In this document: piece by piece, positions 39,065-48,440 of the stretch
Position numbering within the stretch: the first letter of the stretch is position 1
How the letters are laid out: every line of letters begins with the position of its first letter
Origin: Candidatus Latescibacterota bacterium
Lineage (GTDB): Bacteria > Latescibacterota > UBA2968 > UBA8231
Assembly: GCA_965242865.1 (NCBI GenBank)
Contig: CBDETK010000013.1
Span: 5,344,001-5,408,000, forward strand
DNA: 64,000 bases
Reading direction: 5' to 3'
Notes under the pieces: generated by a model
Seen by the model: the letters and a program-made list of their open reading frames with translations, nothing else
What the model was told of the DNA's origin: nothing
Database searches by the model: none
Position numbers and translations under genes: made by a program

Positions 39065-40759
39065 TCAGGCGCGGACGCGCACTTGGTCGGGAAAGTACTG
39101 GAGGAGGCTGTCGGTGATAAAGGGGGCGGCCATGCCGAGGCCGCAGGCACTGGTGGCCTTCATGACTGCGCCGATGTCGGTTACTTCGGCTCGCCAAGCG
39201 GCTAGGTCGGTCGGTCCTTGGCCGGCGAGCCGCTCGGCGAGCCGCTGGGTGCCGATGCGGCAGGGGAAGCACTTGCCGCAGGACTCTTCGGCAAAAAAGG
39301 CCATGGCGCGGCGGGCGATATCGACGATGTCGCGGCGGTCGTCAAAGGCCATGATGCCGCCAGCCCCGAGCATGGAGCCGCGGGCGCGAATCGACGGCTC
39401 GTCGAGGGTGACGTCGAGGGCTGGACCGGCGAGAAACCCACCGGAAAGGCCGGCCATGGTCACGGCCTGAATCCGGCGGCTCGGCCCCGGCCCGCCGGCC
39501 CATTCGTGGAGCAAGGTGTTGAGGGGCAGGCCAAAAGGGACTTCGTAGTTGCCCGGCCGCTGCACATCGCCCGACAGGCTGATGACCTTGGTGCCCGGGC
39601 GACCGTCGAGGCCCAGCGAGCGATACCACGCGGGCCCGCGCCGCACGATTTGGGGCACTGAGGCCAAGGTTTCGACGTTGTTGACGGCCGTGGGCAGGTT
39701 TTCAAAGCCGTGCGTCACTGGGAAGGGCGGGCGATTGCGCGGATAGGGGTGTTTGCCTTCGAGGCTGTTGAGCAAAGAGCCTTCCTCGCCGCAGATGTAC
39801 GCGCCCGCGCCGCGGCGGAGGTGGATTGCACAGGAGAAGTCGCTGCCGAGGATGTGCTGGCCGATGAGGTTGGCGGCGCGAGCCTCGGCCAGGGCTTGGG
39901 CGAGGAGGGCGCGGATTTCCGGGTATTCGTAGCGCAAATAGATAAAGGCGCGAGTCGCGCCGGTGGCATACGCAGCGAGGAGCATGCCTTCGATGACCGC
40001 TTGGGGGTCCCATTCGAGGAGGGCGCGGTCCTTAAAGCAGCCCGGCTCGCCTTCGTCGGCGTTGCAGACGACGGTTTTGGGCGCGCCCGGGGCCTCGGCG
40101 ACGGCCTGCCACTTCTGGCCGGTGGGAAAGCCCGCGCCGCCGCGGCCGGCGAGCTGGCTGTCGGCAATGAGGGCCACCAGCTCGGCGGGTTCTCTGGCGA
40201 GGGCTTGCTGGAGGGCTTGATATCCGCCGCTTTGGCGATAGCCGGACAAGGTGGCGCGGCCGGGGATGCGGATGTCGGCAAAGACGCATTCCTCGTACCC
40301 CCCGGGATTGGGTGCCGGCCGGGGCGAGGGGCCGGGGGCGAGGGCTGCTGCGTCGGCTCCGACCAGCACTTGCTGGCCTTTGATGACCGGGATGGGGTCG
40401 TCGCAGCGACCAGCGCACGGCATGGGGGTGGCATCGGCGAGGTCGGTACAGAGGGCGTCGGCCCCGCGCAGGGCGCATATCGGGCCGGTGCAGACGCGCG
40501 GAGCACTCTGTCCGGGCGTTTGGCGGGCGAAGTGGTGGTAGAAGGTGACAGTGGCAAAAAGCTCGGCCAGCGGGATTTTCAGGCCCGTTGCTACGGCCTT
40601 GAGCGCTCCTTCCGACAAATAGCCATCGCGGTCGTGGAAAGCGTGCAGGAGCGGCAAGAGGGGAGCGGTTTCGCGCTGCCAGCGGGCGACGAGCGCGGCG
40701 TCGGTAGGTGAGGCCAAGCTAGGAATCTTTGTGTAGGTGGTCGCTAAAAGGCGACCCAT
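39065..40759 (-). CDS. Fused NuoE-like/NuoF-like NAD(H)/FMN-binding subunit of formate dehydrogenase
   Basis: TFYHHF, CTGPIC, CAGRC, then GRGGAGFPTG.KW, CNADEGEPG, GAGAYICGEE, ESCGKCFPCR..CGLG; start uncertain. Confidence 0.88.
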   Translation of the reverse strand: MGRLLATTYTKIPSLASPTDAALVARWQRETAPLLPLLHAFHDRDGYLSEGALKAVATGLKIPLAELFATVTFYHHFARQTPGQSAPRVCTGPICALRGADALCTDLADATPMPCAGRCDDPIPVIKGQQVLVGADAAALAPGPSPRPAPNPGGYEECVFADIRIPGRATLSGYRQSGGYQALQQALAREPAELVALIADSQLAGRGGAGFPTGQKWQAVAEAPGAPKTVVCNADEGEPGCFKDRALLEWDPQAVIEGMLLAAYATGATRAFIYLRYEYPEIRALLAQALAEARAANLIGQHILGSDFSCAIHLRRGAGAYICGEEGSLLNSLEGKHPYPRNRPPFPVTHGFENLPTAVNNVETLASVPQIVRRGPAWYRSLGLDGRPGTKVISLSGDVQRPGNYEVPFGLPLNTLLHEWAGGPGPSRRIQAVTMAGLSGGFLAGPALDVTLDEPSIRARGSMLGAGGIMAFDDRRDIVDIARRAMAFFAEESCGKCFPCRIGTQRLAERLAGQGPTDLAAWRAEVTDIGAVMKATSACGLGMAAPFITDSLLQYFPDQVRVRA

Positions 40760-40864
40760 GGTGCTAGAAGGTTGATCGAGGTCTGGGGCGTTGCCATGAC
40801 CATTGGTCGAATATTGGTCGAATAATTTAGTAGTTGCGCCCACTAGGGGCAACTGAGCACGCGC

Positions 40865-41959
40865 CTAGCGGACTTTGCCGCGGCCGGCGATTTTCCAGAT
40901 CGCCTCTAGGCGACCCGCTCGCAGCGCGTAGAGGGCGTCGTGGAGATTGACGGTCGTGCAGCCGTGGCCAGGGATAAATTCGAGCAGGTCGCCCGGGCGG
41001 AGGTCGGTGCAGGGGCCGGATGCGGTCTGGAGGCGGCCGTGTTCTTCGGACAGGGCATGGCAAACTAGGTCGGGGCGGTCCTTGACGAGGGGGAAGCCGT
41101 GCTCAGGCGTCAGGCTCTTTAGGCCGGCGTCGGTGATGACCTGCTCGGGCGCGGGGCGGCTCGTAACGGTGGTTAGCACGCTGAGGGCGTTTTTGAAGCC
41201 CAAGCCGAGCTTGGCGTACGCCGCGTCCATCAGCGCGTACGAGCCGGCTTGGACCTCGGTAATGCCGTCGAAGGACGTGCTGACGTAGTAATCGCCCGTG
41301 CCCGAGGCGCTGCAAATCGGGCAGTCGAGCCCGGCGCGTTCCACTGCGTCGCGGGCATCAACGAGGCGCTGGAGGCAGGTGCGGGCGCCCGCGTCGCGGG
41401 CTTCTTGGTCTTCGAGGTCGATGACGTGGCCTTCGTAGCCCATTAGGCCGCAGAAACGGAGATGGGGGGCTTGGGCGGCTGCGCGGGCGAGCTCAACGGC
41501 TGCGGTGGGGGCGACGCCGCAGCGGTTGTGCCCGATGTTGACCTCCACGAGGACGCGGGGGCAGACCTTGTAGGCGCGAGCGGCCTCGTGCAGGTCGGCG
41601 AGGTTTTGCGGATCATCGACCGCGACCATGATGTCGCAACGAGCGGCCAACGCCATGAGACGCTCGATCTTGCGCCGGCCTACGACTTCATTGGCAATGA
41701 GGATGTCTTGGATGCCGGCGTCGGCCATGACCTCGGCTTCGCCGACCTTGGCGCAGGTGATCCCCTGGGCGCCGGCCGCGAGTTGGAGGTGGGCGATGGC
41801 CGGGGTTTTGTGCGACTTGGTGTGCGGCCGGAGGTTTTTGCCTGCCGTGCGGAAGTGCTCGGCGAGCCGGGCGATGTTGTATTCGAGCGCGTCGAGATCG
41901 ACCAAGAGGACGGGGGTGTCGATGGCGTCGCGGGTCATGCCGATGTGTTCGGTGGTCAT
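40865..41959 (-). CDS. DSD1-family PLP enzyme (D-threonine aldolase / D-serine dehydratase-like)
   Basis: TPVLLVD, RPHTKSHK, YEGH, DAGLK, SEEHG, PGHGC. Confidence 0.88.
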   Translation of the reverse strand: MTTEHIGMTRDAIDTPVLLVDLDALEYNIARLAEHFRTAGKNLRPHTKSHKTPAIAHLQLAAGAQGITCAKVGEAEVMADAGIQDILIANEVVGRRKIERLMALAARCDIMVAVDDPQNLADLHEAARAYKVCPRVLVEVNIGHNRCGVAPTAAVELARAAAQAPHLRFCGLMGYEGHVIDLEDQEARDAGARTCLQRLVDARDAVERAGLDCPICSASGTGDYYVSTSFDGITEVQAGSYALMDAAYAKLGLGFKNALSVLTTVTSRPAPEQVITDAGLKSLTPEHGFPLVKDRPDLVCHALSEEHGRLQTASGPCTDLRPGDLLEFIPGHGCTTVNLHDALYALRAGRLEAIWKIAGRGKVR

Positions 41960-42180
41960 AGTCGGGTCTTTGTGGGTTGAGTGGATATTGTTTGCGAATA
42001 AAGAAACCGCGTCGCCCGCTTCTCGTCCAGTGCTTGGGGGCGTAAGGTCAAAGGGCGGTAGAAGGGGGTGCGCTCGGCGCGGCTAACCCCGTTCAGCACA
42101 CGCGCCCCACAGTTGCATAAATGACGAAAATTTAATAAGATAGGATACGTCGTAACACTGTTTTCTACCGCTGGACTCCC

Positions 42181-43320
42181 ATGCTCATCGCCATTTTTTG
42201 GGCCGCTTTATTCCTCGTCGTCTATACCTATCTAATCTACCCGGTTTTGCTCTGGCTCTTGGCGGCCGGCCGCAAGAGGCCCGAGTACGCGCCGCTCGGG
42301 GAATGGCCCACGGCGTCGCTGATCATTGCCGCACACAACGAAGAAGCCGTATTGCGCGCCAAGCTAGAAAACGCGCTGGCCATGGATTACCCGGCCGAGC
42401 GGCTCGACATCATCGTCGTCTCAGACGCCTCGACCGATGGCACCGACCGCATTGCCGCCGAATTTGCCGCACGCGGGGTGCGCCTACACCGGCAGGAAGT
42501 CCGCCGCGGCAAGACCGAAGCGCAAAACGCGGGGGTGCGCTTGGCGCGAGGGCAGTTCCTCGCGTTCTCAGACGCCAACAGCATGTACGCGCCCAGTGCG
42601 CTCAAGCGGCTGTTGGCCCCCTTTGCCGACGAGCGGGTCGGCTGCGTCTGCGGCGAGCTGCAATACGCCAATCCAGCCGACCAAGGCGCCGGCAAGGGCG
42701 AAGGCCTGTACTGGCGCTACGAGCAATTTCTCAAGCGTCGCGAGAGCCTGCTCAGTTCTGCGCTGGGGGCCAATGGGGCCATTTACGCGCTTAGGCGCGA
42801 GCTGTTCGTCGAGCTGGGCGGCGACATTATCAGCGACTTTGTCGCGCCGCTGGGCGCATGGCGGCGCGGCTTTCGCATCGCGTACGAACCCAAGGCCGTT
42901 GCCACCGAGTGCAGCAGCGAGGGCTTTGGCGATGAGTTTCGCCGCCGCCGCCGCATTGTCTCGCGCTCGCTCTACGGGCTGTGGACCGAGGCCGGGGTGC
43001 TCAACCCGTGTGTGCACTTTTTTTTTGCGTTTCAGATGTTTTCCCACAAGCTGCTCCGCTGGCTCGTGCCGGTGTGGCTGTTGGTCGCACTCGCGGTCAA
43101 TGTCCCGTTGGCCACGAGCGAGTACTACGGCCTCTTGCTCGCGCTGCAAGTCGCTTTCTACGGCTTGGCCGCCTTGGGCCTTTTGTTGCCGGAGCGGCTC
43201 GGGCGGTATTGGCTCTTCTACGTGCCGGCCTATTTCGCCGCCACCAATGGGGGCACCTTGCTGGGGGTGCTGAGCTTCCTAACGGGTCGCCGCGACCGCG
43301 TCTGGCAGCCCGCGAGGTAG
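42181..43320 (+). CDS. Glycosyltransferase family 2
   Basis: IIAAHNEE, SDASTDGT, GK, FSDAN, GANGAIYA.R, C-terminal TM helices. Confidence 0.92.
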   Translation: MLIAIFWAALFLVVYTYLIYPVLLWLLAAGRKRPEYAPLGEWPTASLIIAAHNEEAVLRAKLENALAMDYPAERLDIIVVSDASTDGTDRIAAEFAARGVRLHRQEVRRGKTEAQNAGVRLARGQFLAFSDANSMYAPSALKRLLAPFADERVGCVCGELQYANPADQGAGKGEGLYWRYEQFLKRRESLLSSALGANGAIYALRRELFVELGGDIISDFVAPLGAWRRGFRIAYEPKAVATECSSEGFGDEFRRRRRIVSRSLYGLWTEAGVLNPCVHFFFAFQMFSHKLLRWLVPVWLLVALAVNVPLATSEYYGLLLALQVAFYGLAALGLLLPERLGRYWLFYVPAYFAATNGGTLLGVLSFLTGRRDRVWQPAR

Positions 43321-43327
43321 AGCGTTT

Positions 43328-44782
43328 ATGTCGCGCCTAAAACGCATCGTCCTGCTGCTGTTGAGCGACATCGCAGCCGTCAGTTTGGCGTCGGTTTTCT
43401 TTGTGTGGATGAAGTTGGCTGGCGGCGGGCTGGAGATCGTCCGCCACAACTACGAGCGGCTCTACCCCGACGCTGCGGGCGGGCCGACCTTCTGGTATGC
43501 GCTGGGCTATTACTCGGATGTGTTGCCGCTGATAAGCGGCTGCTGGCTGCTGCTGTTCCTGTTCTTTGGCTTCTATCAATCCTCGCCTTCTCGCTCGCGC
43601 TTTGACGAAATTTTCGAGGTCGCCAAGGTCGTCACCTTGGGCCTTTTGCTGGCCATGGTCGCCACCTTTGACCGCGACATCCGCCTGACGCGGTTGCTGG
43701 TCTTGTTCTACTGGCTGGGCATGGTCGCGCTGGTGGCGGGCGGGCGGGTGCTGGTGCGCAGCTTTGAGCGGCAGCTCTTGCTGCGCGGCATTGGCCTCCG
43801 GCGCACGGCCATCGTGGGCGTGAATGCGCGCGGCCTGCGGCTTTTGCATGCGCTGCACACCTCGCCGGCGCAGGGATACGAGATTGTGGGCTTTGTGCGG
43901 GCGTGCGGCGAGAAAGCAAGCGGGCCGATCGACGGCCTGCCCGTGCTCGGCGAGGTCCGCGAGCTGCGAGCCATCCTCGAGCCCGAAGGCATTGAGGCCG
44001 TGCTCATCGCCTTGCAATCCAATTCGCACGAAGAGATCATGCAGATCGTCGAGGAGGCCGAGGGGTTGCCGGTCTCCTTCGGCATCACGCCCGACCTGTA
44101 CGACATTGTGACCGGCCACGTGCGCACGATGCAGATTTACGGCGTGCCCTTGATGGAGCTCAAGCCCGAGTTGATGCCGGCTTGGCAGCGGACGGTCAAG
44201 CGGCTGATCGACGTAGTGGTGGCGGCCGGCGTGCTCGCGGGGTTGGCCCCGTTGTGGCTGGTAGTGGCCGCGGCGATTAAGCTGACCTCCAAGGGGCCGG
44301 TGTTCTTCCGCCAAGAGCGCGTCGGCGAGGGCGGCCAGCCCTTTTCGATGCTCAAATTTCGCTCGATGTACGTGGATGCCGAGGAACAGACCGGCCCGGT
44401 GTGGGCCACGGGGGCGGATCCCCGGGTGACCCCGGTGGGTCGGGTGTTGCGCGCCCTGCACTTAGACGAAATTCCCCAGTGCCTCAACTTCCTGCGCGGC
44501 GACATGAGCTTGGTCGGCCCCCGGCCCGAGCGCCCGTTTTTCGTCGAGCAGTTCAAGAAGCAGATTCCCTTGTACATGCGGCGCTTTAACGTCAAGCCCG
44601 GCCTGTTGGGCTGGGCCCAGTCCAAGCACGAGTTCGATCTCGATTCCAAGGATGTGGTGGGCATTGCCCGCGAGCGGCTGGAGTACGATTTCTACTACAT
44701 CGAGAACATGTCGCTCAAGCTCGACTTCAAGATCATGCTGCAAACGGTGTGGTTCGTGCTGACGGGCAAGAGCACGCGCTGA
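43328..44782 (+). CDS. Undecaprenyl-phosphate sugar phosphotransferase (WcaJ/WbaP-like)
   Basis: N-terminal TM helices, KRLID, KFRSM, DPRVTPVG, LDEIPQ, MSLVGPRPERP. Confidence 0.93.
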   Translation: MSRLKRIVLLLLSDIAAVSLASVFFVWMKLAGGGLEIVRHNYERLYPDAAGGPTFWYALGYYSDVLPLISGCWLLLFLFFGFYQSSPSRSRFDEIFEVAKVVTLGLLLAMVATFDRDIRLTRLLVLFYWLGMVALVAGGRVLVRSFERQLLLRGIGLRRTAIVGVNARGLRLLHALHTSPAQGYEIVGFVRACGEKASGPIDGLPVLGEVRELRAILEPEGIEAVLIALQSNSHEEIMQIVEEAEGLPVSFGITPDLYDIVTGHVRTMQIYGVPLMELKPELMPAWQRTVKRLIDVVVAAGVLAGLAPLWLVVAAAIKLTSKGPVFFRQERVGEGGQPFSMLKFRSMYVDAEEQTGPVWATGADPRVTPVGRVLRALHLDEIPQCLNFLRGDMSLVGPRPERPFFVEQFKKQIPLYMRRFNVKPGLLGWAQSKHEFDLDSKDVVGIARERLEYDFYYIENMSLKLDFKIMLQTVWFVLTGKSTR

Positions 44783-44874
44783 CCTACCCCGCGGACGAGC
44801 GTTGATGAGGAGCTTGACCGCGTCACCCGTTTGCGGTCAATTTATGTGTAACGATATGTGTCGGAGGTAACACA

Positions 44875-45075
44875 ATGGCGACCAACTTGGCGATAGACCC
44901 CAAGCTGCTCGATAAAGCACTCGAAGTCGGCGGCGAGAAGACGAAGAAGGCGACCGTCAACCGGGCCTTGCGGGAGTTCGTTGCGCGCCGAGAGCAGGAA
45001 CGGCTCTTGGAGCTTTTTGGCAAATTCGACTGGGACGATGGCTTTGACTACAAACGAGAACGGAGTCGTGGATGA
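44875..45075 (+). CDS. vapB: VapB-family antitoxin
   Basis: MATNLAID..LL....TKKATVN.AL; GGAGG RBS; ATGA overlap with PIN toxin. Confidence 0.85.
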   Translation: MATNLAIDPKLLDKALEVGGEKTKKATVNRALREFVARREQERLLELFGKFDWDDGFDYKRERSRG

Positions 45076-45479
45076 GGCTATTTGTGGACACGAGCGTCTG
45101 GTCGCTGGCCTTGCGACGAGACGCGGTGCCCGAAGTGCCCGAAGTCCAGTGTCTGCGGGAGGCACTCAGTAGTGGCGAATTGATTTACACAACCGGAATC
45201 GTTTTGCAGGAGTTGTTGCAAGGCTTTCGAGGGCCGAAAGCCAAAACGCGGATCGTCGAACGGTTCGGGGCACTCCCCCTGATCGCGCCCGTGTGTGAAG
45301 ACTACATTGACGCAGCCGAGTTGCACAACGAATGCCGCCGGCATGGCATTCAGGTCGGAACCATCGACGCGCTACTCGCCCAGATCTGCATTCGTCATAA
45401 GCTAACTATGTTGACGAACGACCTCGATTTCAGCCAGATGACAAAGTGGACGCCGCTTCAACTCTGGCGCGCCCGATGA
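45072..45479 (+). CDS. vapC: VapC PIN-domain toxin
   Basis: FVDTSVW, LQELLQG, IDALLA, LTNDLDF. Confidence 0.9.
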   Translation: MRLFVDTSVWSLALRRDAVPEVPEVQCLREALSSGELIYTTGIVLQELLQGFRGPKAKTRIVERFGALPLIAPVCEDYIDAAELHNECRRHGIQVGTIDALLAQICIRHKLTMLTNDLDFSQMTKWTPLQLWRAR

Positions 45480-45521
45480 TTCCACAGGATGCTCCGGTGT
45501 CGGGGTGGATGAGATTCGTAT

Positions 45522-46295
45522 TCACGACCCGCGCGGATTGGCGCGCAGGGTTTTGAGGTGGCTGTCGAGGACTTGGACGCCGTAGCGCAGGGCGTTGCCG
45601 ACGTTGAGGAAGCGATACCCCCAGCGAACTTTTTCTTGAATCTGATCTAATTCCGACAGCGTAGTGCCCACGGCAATCTCGGTGTCGGCTAGCCGCTGCG
45701 GCACGGCGCGCATGATTTCCTGCACCGCCCGCGACTCGGTGTTGGTGATCGTCCCCACAGTGGCGGACAGGTCCAACGGGCCGACGAAAAGCACGTCAAT
45801 GCCGGGAACGCGCTTGATTTCGTCCAAGTTGTCGTAGGCCCGCTGGCTTTCTAGCTGGAGGACGACGAGCGTCTCTGCGTTGGCGGTTTTGATGACCTCG
45901 TTCCAGTCCGCGCCGGCGATTTGGGTCCACATGGGCGACAGCCCGCGCCGGCCTTCGGGTGCGTAGCGGGCGGCCTCGACCGCGGCGGCCGCTTCCGCCG
46001 CCGTATCAACTTGGGGCACCATCACGGCCACTGCGCCCGCATCGTACGCCTTTTTGATCAGGGCCGGATCGTTCCACGCAACGCGCACCATGGGCGCGAC
46101 GCCGCGCAGCCGCGCCAGTACCAAAATGGAGTCGAGGGCTTCGGTGGCGTGGGGCATGTGCTCGGTGTCGGCCCAGAGGAAATCGGGCCCCGTGTCGAGG
46201 ACCGACCCAGCTACGTGTGGGGTGGGGGCCGGCAGGCTGGTGCCGAAGACGAGTTCGCCGCGGCGCAGCCGCGCTTTTAGGTCGTTGGGATACAT
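45522..46295 (-). CDS. HpcH/HpaI aldolase family protein
   Basis: DTEH, VRV, MVPQV, YAPEGRRG, QLES, FVGPLDL. Confidence 0.9.
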   Translation of the reverse strand: MYPNDLKARLRRGELVFGTSLPAPTPHVAGSVLDTGPDFLWADTEHMPHATEALDSILVLARLRGVAPMVRVAWNDPALIKKAYDAGAVAVMVPQVDTAAEAAAAVEAARYAPEGRRGLSPMWTQIAGADWNEVIKTANAETLVVLQLESQRAYDNLDEIKRVPGIDVLFVGPLDLSATVGTITNTESRAVQEIMRAVPQRLADTEIAVGTTLSELDQIQEKVRWGYRFLNVGNALRYGVQVLDSHLKTLRANPRGS

Positions 46296-46313
46296 AGGAT
46301 AGCTCCGTTGGCG

Positions 46314-47123
46314 TTAGCCGTACAGCGAGTAGAAGATGGCGCCGCCGAGCAGGATGCGATAGACGGCAAACGAGTGGGTTCCGCGGCGTTGGAGGAAGCG
46401 GAGGAGGAATCCGATGGACAGGTAGCCGCTCCCGGCCGCGGCCAACACTCCGACCCCCAAACTCAGCAGCCCGGTGCTGCCTAGGCCCCCGTTGAGCAGG
46501 GCGAACAATTGCAGGAGGCCACTGGCGCCAATGGCCGGCAGGCCGAGCAAAAAGGAAAAACGGGCGGCGTCTGGGCGCTGGAGGCCGACGAAGAGCCCGC
46601 CCATGATGGTCGAACCAGACCGCGAACACCCGGGAATCAGGGCGAGGGCTTGGCACAGGCCAATGAACTGAATCGACCAGAAGCCGAGCTCCTGCATAGT
46701 GCGCTCGCGCCGCCCCACGCGCTCGGCTAGCAGCAAAAACAGCGCGAGGACGATCAAGCTCGCGGCGATGAGGGGCAACTGGCGCGCCTCGGTCTCGATA
46801 AAGTCGCGGCCCCCGAGGCCGAGCACGGCAATGGGCACGGTGCCCGCGGCAATGGACCAAGCCATGCGGCAGTCTGCGCTGTGGTTGAAGTTGCGCTGGA
46901 TCGCCCCTTGCAGCGCGGCAACGGTCAGCCTTTTGACATCGCTCGTAAAATACGCGAATACGGCCGCCAGCGTCCCCAGTTGGATCACCGCGGAAAACGC
47001 CGCGCCCGGGTCGCCCCAGCCGAGGAAGTGGGGCACCACCCGCAGGTGGGCTGTGCTGCTGATGGGCAGGAATTCGGTTAGTCCTTGAACTACGCCCAAG
47101 ATGAGTGCTTGTAGCCAGTGCAT
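46314..47123 (-). CDS. bacA: Undecaprenyl-diphosphate phosphatase
   Basis: VQGLTEFLPISSTAH and PGCSRSGSTI motifs; ATG 47123. Confidence 0.95.
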   Translation of the reverse strand: MHWLQALILGVVQGLTEFLPISSTAHLRVVPHFLGWGDPGAAFSAVIQLGTLAAVFAYFTSDVKRLTVAALQGAIQRNFNHSADCRMAWSIAAGTVPIAVLGLGGRDFIETEARQLPLIAASLIVLALFLLLAERVGRRERTMQELGFWSIQFIGLCQALALIPGCSRSGSTIMGGLFVGLQRPDAARFSFLLGLPAIGASGLLQLFALLNGGLGSTGLLSLGVGVLAAAGSGYLSIGFLLRFLQRRGTHSFAVYRILLGGAIFYSLYG

Positions 47124-47175
47124 GGGAGGGGTTAAGCTAACCGCAGCCGCCCGCCCGGACAAGGAGGCGCGTCCC

Positions 47176-47205
47176 TTGACAAAAACGCGGGCCGCTGTGC
47201 AGAAT
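47176..47205 (+). promoter_or_regulatory. Candidate sigma-70 promoter of the dehydratase-kinase operon
   Basis: TTGACA-N18-CAGAAT upstream of AAGGAG RBS. Confidence 0.5.
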
Positions 47206-47240
47206 ACCCCCTGATTTTCACCGCCAACTAAGGAGACATC

Positions 47241-48440
47241 ATGCCCGTTCTGATCAAAGACCTCCAAGTCATTCTCACCCAACCGGCCGGCTCCCGCTTG
47301 GTCATCGTCAAAATCATCACGTCGGACGACGGCTTGTACGGACTCGGTTGCGCCACCTTTACCCAGCGCTTCCACGCCGTGCATGCGGCCCTGGACCAGC
47401 ATCTCAAGCCCTTCCTCATTGGCCGCGACGTCGACCGCATTGAGGAGACTTGGCAGATGTTGATGGTCAACGGCTATTGGCGCAACGGCCCGGTGCTCAA
47501 CAACGCCATCTCTGGCGTGGATCAGGCGTTGTGGGACATCAAGGGCAAGCGGGCCGGGATGCCGCTCTATCAGCTTTTGGGCGGCAAGTGCCGCGAGGGG
47601 GCCGCGGTGTACGGCCACGCCGGCGGCGATACGCCCGAGGCCGTCGTCGATAGCATCCGCCAGTTCCAAGAGCAGGGCTATCGCTACATCCGCTGCCAGA
47701 TGGGCGGCTACGGCGGCAAGGCCTCGACCTTGGTCAAGCCCGAGGGCGCACCCGAAGGCGCGTACTACAATCGCAAAGAGTATATGATGAACCACCTGCG
47801 GATGTTCGAGCACATCCGCGCCGAACTGGGCTTTGAGGTCGAGCTGCTGCACGACATCCACGAGCGGCTACACCCGATTGAGGCGGTGGGCTTTGCCAAG
47901 GACGTGGAGGAGTTCAAGCTGTTCTTCTTGGAGGACGCGCTCGCGCCCGAAGACATCGAGTGGTTCCGCCCCATCCGCCAGCAATGCGCCACGCCGCAGG
48001 CCATGGGCGAGTTGTTCAACCATCCGCACGAGTGGACGCCGCTCATCGAGGGGCGATTGATCGACTTTATGCGGATGCACGTCAGCCAGATGGGCGGGAT
48101 TACGCCGGCGCGCAATGTGGCGGCCTTCGGGCAGATGTACGGAGTGCGCACGGCTTGGCACGGCCCGGGCGACACCTCGCCGGTGGGGCACGCGGCCAAC
48201 CTGCACTTGGACTTGTGGGCCCCCAACTTCGGGATCCAAGAGTGGTGCCGGTTCCCGGAGCACGTGTACGAAATCTTCCCGGGGCTGCCCGAGGTGCGCA
48301 ACGGGTACATGTATCCGAGCGACGGACCGGGGTTGGGCATTGACATCGACGAGGATTTGGCGGCCCAATACCCTTGTGCGGACGAGGTCATTGGGTGGAC
48401 GCAGACGCGCTTGCCCGACGGCAGCCCGGCCCGGCCCTAA
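47241..48440 (+). CDS. Enolase-superfamily acid-sugar dehydratase (RspA/ManD-like)
   Basis: YWRNGP, DQALWDIKGK, LHDIHERL, FLED, MGELF, AWHGPGD.SPVG. Confidence 0.9.
   Translation: MPVLIKDLQVILTQPAGSRLVIVKIITSDDGLYGLGCATFTQRFHAVHAALDQHLKPFLIGRDVDRIEETWQMLMVNGYWRNGPVLNNAISGVDQALWDIKGKRAGMPLYQLLGGKCREGAAVYGHAGGDTPEAVVDSIRQFQEQGYRYIRCQMGGYGGKASTLVKPEGAPEGAYYNRKEYMMNHLRMFEHIRAELGFEVELLHDIHERLHPIEAVGFAKDVEEFKLFFLEDALAPEDIEWFRPIRQQCATPQAMGELFNHPHEWTPLIEGRLIDFMRMHVSQMGGITPARNVAAFGQMYGVRTAWHGPGDTSPVGHAANLHLDLWAPNFGIQEWCRFPEHVYEIFPGLPEVRNGYMYPSDGPGLGIDIDEDLAAQYPCADEVIGWTQTRLPDGSPARP

Noticed and set aside
47124-47861. Long N-terminal extension of BacA (515-aa ORF)
   Set aside because: Antisense shadow of the dehydratase gene; BacA motifs begin at 47123
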